Assembly: GCA_918797485.1 (NCBI GenBank)
Contig: CAKKNE010000005.1
Location: forward strand, 2,728,001 to 2,792,000
Source: Pelagomonas calceolata
Lineage: Eukaryota
Length of the DNA stretch: 64,000 nt
Direction of reading: 5' to 3'
Below, piece by piece: positions 58,807-64,000 of this stretch. The number at the start of each line of letters is the position of its first letter. The first letter of the stretch is position 1. The notes beneath the pieces were generated by a model. It was not told the DNA's origin and ran no database searches. It saw only the letters and a program-made list of their open reading frames with translations. The translations under genes and the position numbers were made by a program.

Positions 58807-59123
58807 GTGTTTCCCATCCTGGTATTAATAGCGTATTTACTCGACCTTGAGTGCTCTTGCTTCCCTCATACGCCGTCCCTAGAGTGCGCTTGGGAAAACG
58901 CGCAAATGACACGTAAAACACGGCGTATTTACGTTGGACCGTTTCTCACGTACCTACCTACTGACCTACGCAACCGCAGGAACCTAGCCCGGGGGGGGGT
59001 CTCCTCGAGTCCAGTGCTCACGTAAAGAACGCCGTGCGTAAATCGCACCCTAGTACGCCGTCGCCCCGAGTGTTAGTCGGACAACTTGAACGGCGAGGGG
59101 GAGGTCAGGACTATTCCGTAAAC

Positions 59124-59729
59124 TTACGCGACCGGCTTGTCCTCCTCGAACCAGTACTCCTCGCCGTAGTCAAAACACAACTCCTCGCCCTCCTTGATGG
59201 GTCGCGTCGAGACGAACCAGACCCGCGGGCCCTGCGTGTAGCCCGAGTAGGCCAAGCTTTTCACTCTCAGATTCGCATCAGAAGAGTGGTTGATGAAGCG
59301 GCACCAGTTCGCGAACGCCGGGTCCTCCGCGTCCACATAAAGGTCGTCCTCCACCCTAAATATATAATCCCCGGACACGGTAATGCCCTTGAGTTGCCGC
59401 GACTTCCGCCACAACTTGTCCTTCCAGTCCATTTTCGACTTTTTGTACCGTACGTCGACCTCGGCCTGCGTGAGCTGCTCGCCCACGTAGTCCGCGATCG
59501 TGATGTCTTCGTCGAACGCTTTAGCTGCAAAGGCGCCGAAGCCCTTGCCCGGGCTACTTTTAACAATGATACCGGCCTCCTCGCAGCGTCCTTCATCGTC
59601 CAAGTCGGACGTGCGCAGGCGCTTCGGCAGTTTGCTGTAAAGCGGTTGCCGTCGTCGCACCGAGGCCGGCGTCGGCGCGAAGGCGTCGACGGCGAGCCCT
59701 GCGACCAGGAGGTGCAAGGTGCGGCGCAT
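59124..59729 (-). CDS. SET-domain lysine methyltransferase with bipartite plastid presequence
   Basis: GKGFGAFA, RFINHS, GEELCFDYG; N-terminus ...AVDA-FAP. Confidence 0.88.
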   Translation of the reverse strand: MRRTLHLLVAGLAVDAFAPTPASVRRRQPLYSKLPKRLRTSDLDDEGRCEEAGIIVKSSPGKGFGAFAAKAFDEDITIADYVGEQLTQAEVDVRYKKSKMDWKDKLWRKSRQLKGITVSGDYIFRVEDDLYVDAEDPAFANWCRFINHSSDANLRVKSLAYSGYTQGPRVWFVSTRPIKEGEELCFDYGEEYWFEEDKPVA

Positions 59730-59912
59730 TGTTGACGAGCTGCTGTGCACTGCTTGAAGGAGAGAGCACAGCCTAGGCTTCGACTCCAAGCTGCAAAAGC
59801 GGTCGCTAGGGGTACGATCTGTTAATTTGCAGCACGATTACGCAAGACTGACGGTTCACTTGCTTGCAACGAGGCTTGCAGCGCTGCAAAGTGAAATGAC
59901 GATCATCTGCTT

Positions 59913-59934
59913 CTAGTGTCTTACAGGCCGCTAG
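59913..59934 (+). promoter_or_regulatory. 22-bp CTAG element (exact)
   Basis: Exact consensus, 184 bp upstream of the minus-strand ATG at 59729. Confidence 0.7.
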
Positions 59935-59948
59935 CTAATCGATCTCAG

Positions 59949-60645
59949 TTACCCGAACAGCGAATGCCACAGCGAGTGCTTCTTCGTCGACCGACTCGGG
60001 TGAGGCCGCGGCGACGGCTCCGGCGTGGCGACTCCGCACCATCGCGTCGCGACGCCCTCCCGCGGCAGCAGACACTTCGCGGCCGAGTTATTCTTCACAT
60101 GCATCTCATTCAAACACTCGATGCGCCCCGTCCCGTCGTCCCGCCGAAGGCACGCGTCGGCGCAGCGCCGCGACCCGCAGTCGAAGCTCGGGTCGTTGTA
60201 GGCCGAGCAGCGACTCGCGTTCGACGTTTTACCCGTCAAACAGTTCGTGGCGCACCGCTCCGACAGGTGCTCGAGAATTAATCGGCAGCCGGGGCCGTAA
60301 GACCTGGCTCGCGTCCCCCGCTTCATGACTTTCGCGAGGTCGAACTCCGCGAGGAACCCTAGCCTCTTGCAATCGACGCGCGTGGCAAAGAAGTCGCGCG
60401 CCGTGCATGCGTCATCTAGCACGTCGGAGAAGAACCGTGCGCCAGCTCTGCGCAACACCTCAATAAAGTAATCAGCCAGCGACTCGGGCGTGGTAAAAGC
60501 GTACTCGACGCGCTTGGCTCCCTTACGAGAGCGTCGCGGCCCGGAAGCGGGCCTCGTTCCCGACCTCGAGAAAGCACCGCTCCTCGTCGCCATGCTCCCC
60601 CAGGGAGAGATAGTGCTCCCCGAGGCTGTCGTGGTTCCTGATCAC
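59949..60645 (-). pseudogene. Orphan 3' exon of a Cys-rich protein gene
   Basis: Begins directly after an introner acceptor (..CCACGCAG|GTG). The frames are discontinuous around 60523 and no upstream exon is present. Confidence 0.45.
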
Positions 60646-60690
60646 CTGCGTGGAAATCAACCAGTGCGTTCCCGTCACGCCATCGAGCAG
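60646..60690 (-). mobile_element. Half introner (acceptor-side TIR only)
   Basis: Plus strand CTGCGTGGAAATCAACCAGTG..CACGCCATCGAGCAG, then an abrupt switch to TPR coding sequence. Confidence 0.75.
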
Positions 60691-60691
60691 A

Positions 60692-61318
60692 TACGTGGGG
60701 CGGGCAGAGACGGACCAGGTTTGGGGCATGGCGATTAACCAGCTTGGGAACGGTTTATCCGAAGCAAACCACCACGAGGACGCGTTGTCCGTGCAAGGGG
60801 CCGAGTTGTCTATGCGGCAGCGCCTTGGCGCACTTCCAGAACAGATACTTGTTATGCAGACCAATCTGGCGAATACATACGAAAGGCTAGGACGGCGCGA
60901 AGAGGCCGCACGGATGCAGCGAGATGTATACTCCGGATGCATGAGGATAAGAGGCGAAGAAGATAGACAAACATTCCTGGTAGCCGAGAACTTTGCGTTG
61001 ACCCTTCTTAGAGCAGATTTGTTCGAAGAAGCCAAGTCGGTGCTGCTCAAAACGGTACCCGTGGCGCGACGTGTTCTTGGCGAGAGTGACGCAGTCACGC
61101 TCAAGATACGGTGGTGTCTCGCGATTGGGCTCTACTCGGACCCTGGTGCCACGCTCGACGATGTCCGCGAGGCCGTGAGTACGCTCGAGGATATAGAACC
61201 GAGCGCGCGGCGCGTGTTGGGAGGCTCACACCCTCTCCTATCCGGGATGACACTTTCCTTGCAAGAGTCTCGAGCCGTGCTCCGCGCCCGCGAGACGCCA
61301 TCGGCGAGCGCGCCGTAA
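60692..61318 (+). pseudogene. 5'-truncated TPR-repeat (kinesin-light-chain-like) gene
   Basis: NLANTYERLGRREEAARMQRDVYSG, ARRVLGE, ARRVLGGSHP; paralogous to the piece at about 28890-29020. Confidence 0.65.
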
Positions 61319-61372
61319 ACTATGCATATAATTGTGTACTTGTCTTACGCGGGAAGAAGGGAAACGCGCCGC

Positions 61373-63483
61373 CTACCCCTCCGTCGACACCGCGAAGTTC
61401 TTGAGCCCGTCCGCGTTCAGCGCCAGCGTCTTCTCGTTGCACAGGTGGAGCAGGCAGATGAAGTAGAAGGGCATCGTCACGTCGCTCTGGCGCTGCTGCG
61501 CCCCCACGCGGTTGACCACGGCCGCGAAGTCCGACTCCGGCGTCGCCTCGACGTCGCGCCACATCTGCGCCTTGAGCTTGCGGACGTCGACCTTCTTGGC
61601 CCGCGTCGCGTAGGCGATCTGCACCTTGTCCACTTTCCTCCCGCACGCTAATAGATCGGGGCCGTCCGCGCCCGAGAAGGACGCCCGCCCCGGCGTCGGC
61701 AGCACCGACGGCCGCCCCTTCTGGAAGCCGGGGGTCATAGGATCATCAGGAATCGCGAACCGGTCCTCATTCTCCTCATCGCCACCAAACCCGCCATAAT
61801 CGTCGTCGTCGGACTCCGCTTGTCCATACCCCTCGCCCAACCCCTCGAGCGCGGCCTCGTCGCCCCGCGCCGCGGCCGCGACGGCCACGTCCTCCAGCAA
61901 AAACAGCCTCCGCAGCTGGCCCGGCGTGACCCGCAAGTCCGGCGGCAGCACCAGGTCGCGCGCGCCGGCATGCAACCGCTGCAGCGCCGCCGGGCCCAGC
62001 GCGAGCGGGTCCGCGCCGCCCCGCTTCGGCGGCGGCGGCGCGAGCGCATCTGGTGAAGGAGGCGGCCCGCCGAAGTCGAGGTCGGACTCGCGTTTGGTGG
62101 CCGCGCGCTTCTTCTTCTTGGCGGGACCGTCCTTCGGGGCGGCTTTCGGTCGCGCCGCGGCCTTCCAGTGCGCCGCGCCGGCCCAGGCGTTCCGCGCCTG
62201 TGTAGGTTGATGATCAGAGACGCGTCAATGGCAAAAAAAGGACGCCGCATAAAAACCGCCAGCCGCGCCGCGTCGAAGAAGTTCGCGTCGCCGGCGCGAG
62301 CCAAAGCGCCGCTCACGAGCGCGAAGGCCGCCGTCGCGTCCAGTTCCCCGTCCACCGCCGCCGGCGCGCCCAACCCACCGGCCGTGTCGTTCAACGCCGC
62401 GTCGAGCGCCCCCTCCAGATCACCACCGACGTCATCGCCATCGTCGAAGCGACAACCGTCATCGTCATCGTCGGCGCCCGCGAGGAAGCCGCCCTCGTCC
62501 TCCGGAACAACCTCCTCGGCCACGACGCCGTCCTCGACCTCTCTTCGTAATTGTGATAAAGCGGGGCAGAACTCCGTCGGAACGGTAGGCAACAAATCCC
62601 TCAACGGCTGCACGTGCACGACGGCGTCCTCCTGCCCATCGTCCAGAACACCCGAATCCCCGAACGACACGCAGGCGCCCTCCGCCGCGAGCCTCAACAA
62701 AAGCATGGCTCGCGCCGACGTGCCGTCCGTCAATCCACTACCTCCAGAACGAGACAGGCGCGAGAACAGCACGTCCGTCGCGGCCTCGTCCACATCAACG
62801 GCGTCGATCTGATCTAGTGAAGCCAATGTCGAGGCGGCGTCTCCTCTTCTCTTCTCCTTCTTCTTCCTCGCTTTCTTCGCCTGCGTCGCTTCGTCGTCGT
62901 TCTCGTTCGGCTCGTTGTCCTCCTCCTCGTCATTGTTCTCGTCCTTGCCCCTATGCAACGACTCGAGCACCCTATAAGATGTGGTGAGTGTATCATCGAC
63001 GCGGGAACAATAGATCTTCATGCCGGCCTCGATCGTGCACGACGCCTTCTGGAAGTTCACGGCGCGCTGCGGCCGCTTCTTATCTGTGGAATCCTCGCCC
63101 TTGACGACGTCGCGCATGTGGTCGATGAGCGGCAGGTTCCAGGCGTTCTTGGCGTTGATCTTGCCTTCCGTGGCCATCTTGATGGTCTTCGAGTACATGG
63201 CCGCGACCTCGTCCGCGGACATGTCTACTGCGGCGGTCCTGGCGAGCGCCGCCTTGCCGAAACTACGGCGGCTCGCTACTCCTGAGCGGCGGCGGTTGGT
63301 CTTCTTCTTAGGTTTGGCTTCTTCCTCGTCGCTATCGGACGCCATCAAAGCGGCGCCGCTCGAGAGGCGGCGGCGGCCCTTGGGCTTGGGCTTCGGGACC
63401 TCTTCTCTTTCTTCTTCCTCGTCGCTGGACGCGTCCGCGAGCGCGGAAGCGCCGCTGAGGCGGCGGTTGCGGCGGGCGGGCAT
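61373..63483 (-). CDS. NCAPH: Condensin I kleisin CAP-H/Barren, 2 exons (intron about 62198-62256)
   Basis: KINAKNAW..LID, NFQKASCTIEAGMKIYCSRVD, NAWAG..HWK, IAYATRAKKVDVRKLK, YFICLLHLCNEK. Confidence 0.93.
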
Positions 63484-64000
63484 CTAACAGTGCTTTTTGC
63501 GTTTTTACTGTTTGTACGTCTCTACTGGACCACGCGACGCCGCTGCGCGTTTGCTTAGCGCTGCGTGGGTCTGCGGGGCGGTGTGACGCGCCGCTGCACG
63601 TTCAAAAGTGGGCGTAAGGCCCGCAATCGACGGCAGTTTTAACACAGCCGCAAAGCACAGCCTAGCATGCCTAGCTAGCGTGCGAGGCAGTTTTAGGCGT
63701 CTTGGGCAAAGAGTAACCCCTCCGGCTCAAAATGAGAGACCTAGATGGGGGTTTCGGCGGGTCATGGCCTCAGAGCAAAACGGGCTTGGCCTTGTCCTTG
63801 CCGATGCAAACGGCCTTCGTACAATTGCTGTGGCGCTCATATAATTGTTGTGACGCTTTCGTTTGGTAGCTAGTATACTGCCATTCACATCTGCGAAGTG
63901 ACACGCTTCCAATCGACCTAGGGGAGGAGCATAGACAGCCCAACGTCACTGACTGCTTTTGGTCAGCGCTCACGCCGCACAATGCCCGCCGCAACAACAA

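Noticed and set aside
3309..59934. CTAG element as a CRISPR repeat or a conserved peptide (LVSYRPLA recurs in the ORF track)
   Set aside because: Copies are kilobases apart with whole genes between them and there are no cas genes. The peptide appears only in spurious ORFs or N-terminal extensions, and a 1-nt insertion occurs at 52885.
63484..64000. Possible ncRNA or gene start at the window end
   Set aside because: No tRNA, snRNA or coding signature is recognisable; probably promoter or intergenic sequence.

Overview
Gene-dense, GC-rich, intron-poor eukaryotic nuclear DNA, most likely from a pelagophyte alga (Pelagomonas/Aureococcus-like). The organism call is inferred from stramenopile-type plastid presequences, TIR/TSD introner introns, DUF285 and TPR families, and very short intergenic regions. 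About 35 protein-coding loci are present, including fused ATP-citrate lyase, carbamate kinase, an ankyrin-PDE, ARPC2, a PDH E1 alpha-beta fusion, BCAT, proteasome alpha-7 and condensin CAP-H. Non-gene structure: (1) a 22-bp quasi-palindromic element CTAGTGTCTTACAGGCCGCTAG occurs 14 times, always about 90-230 bp upstream of a start codon and never between convergent gene ends or in CDS; (2) a family of introner-type DNA-transposon introns with 8-nt target slots and about 15-bp TIRs is inserted in both orientations, all at phase 0; (3) several 5'-truncated or back-to-back mosaic gene fragments lack the upstream element. Unusual proteins include a pseudokinase with a lipoyl-like domain inside its C-lobe, a large luminal domain fused to tandem PqiA domains, and a TALE homeodomain-RING-H2 fusion. 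All calls were made by eye; no searches were run.
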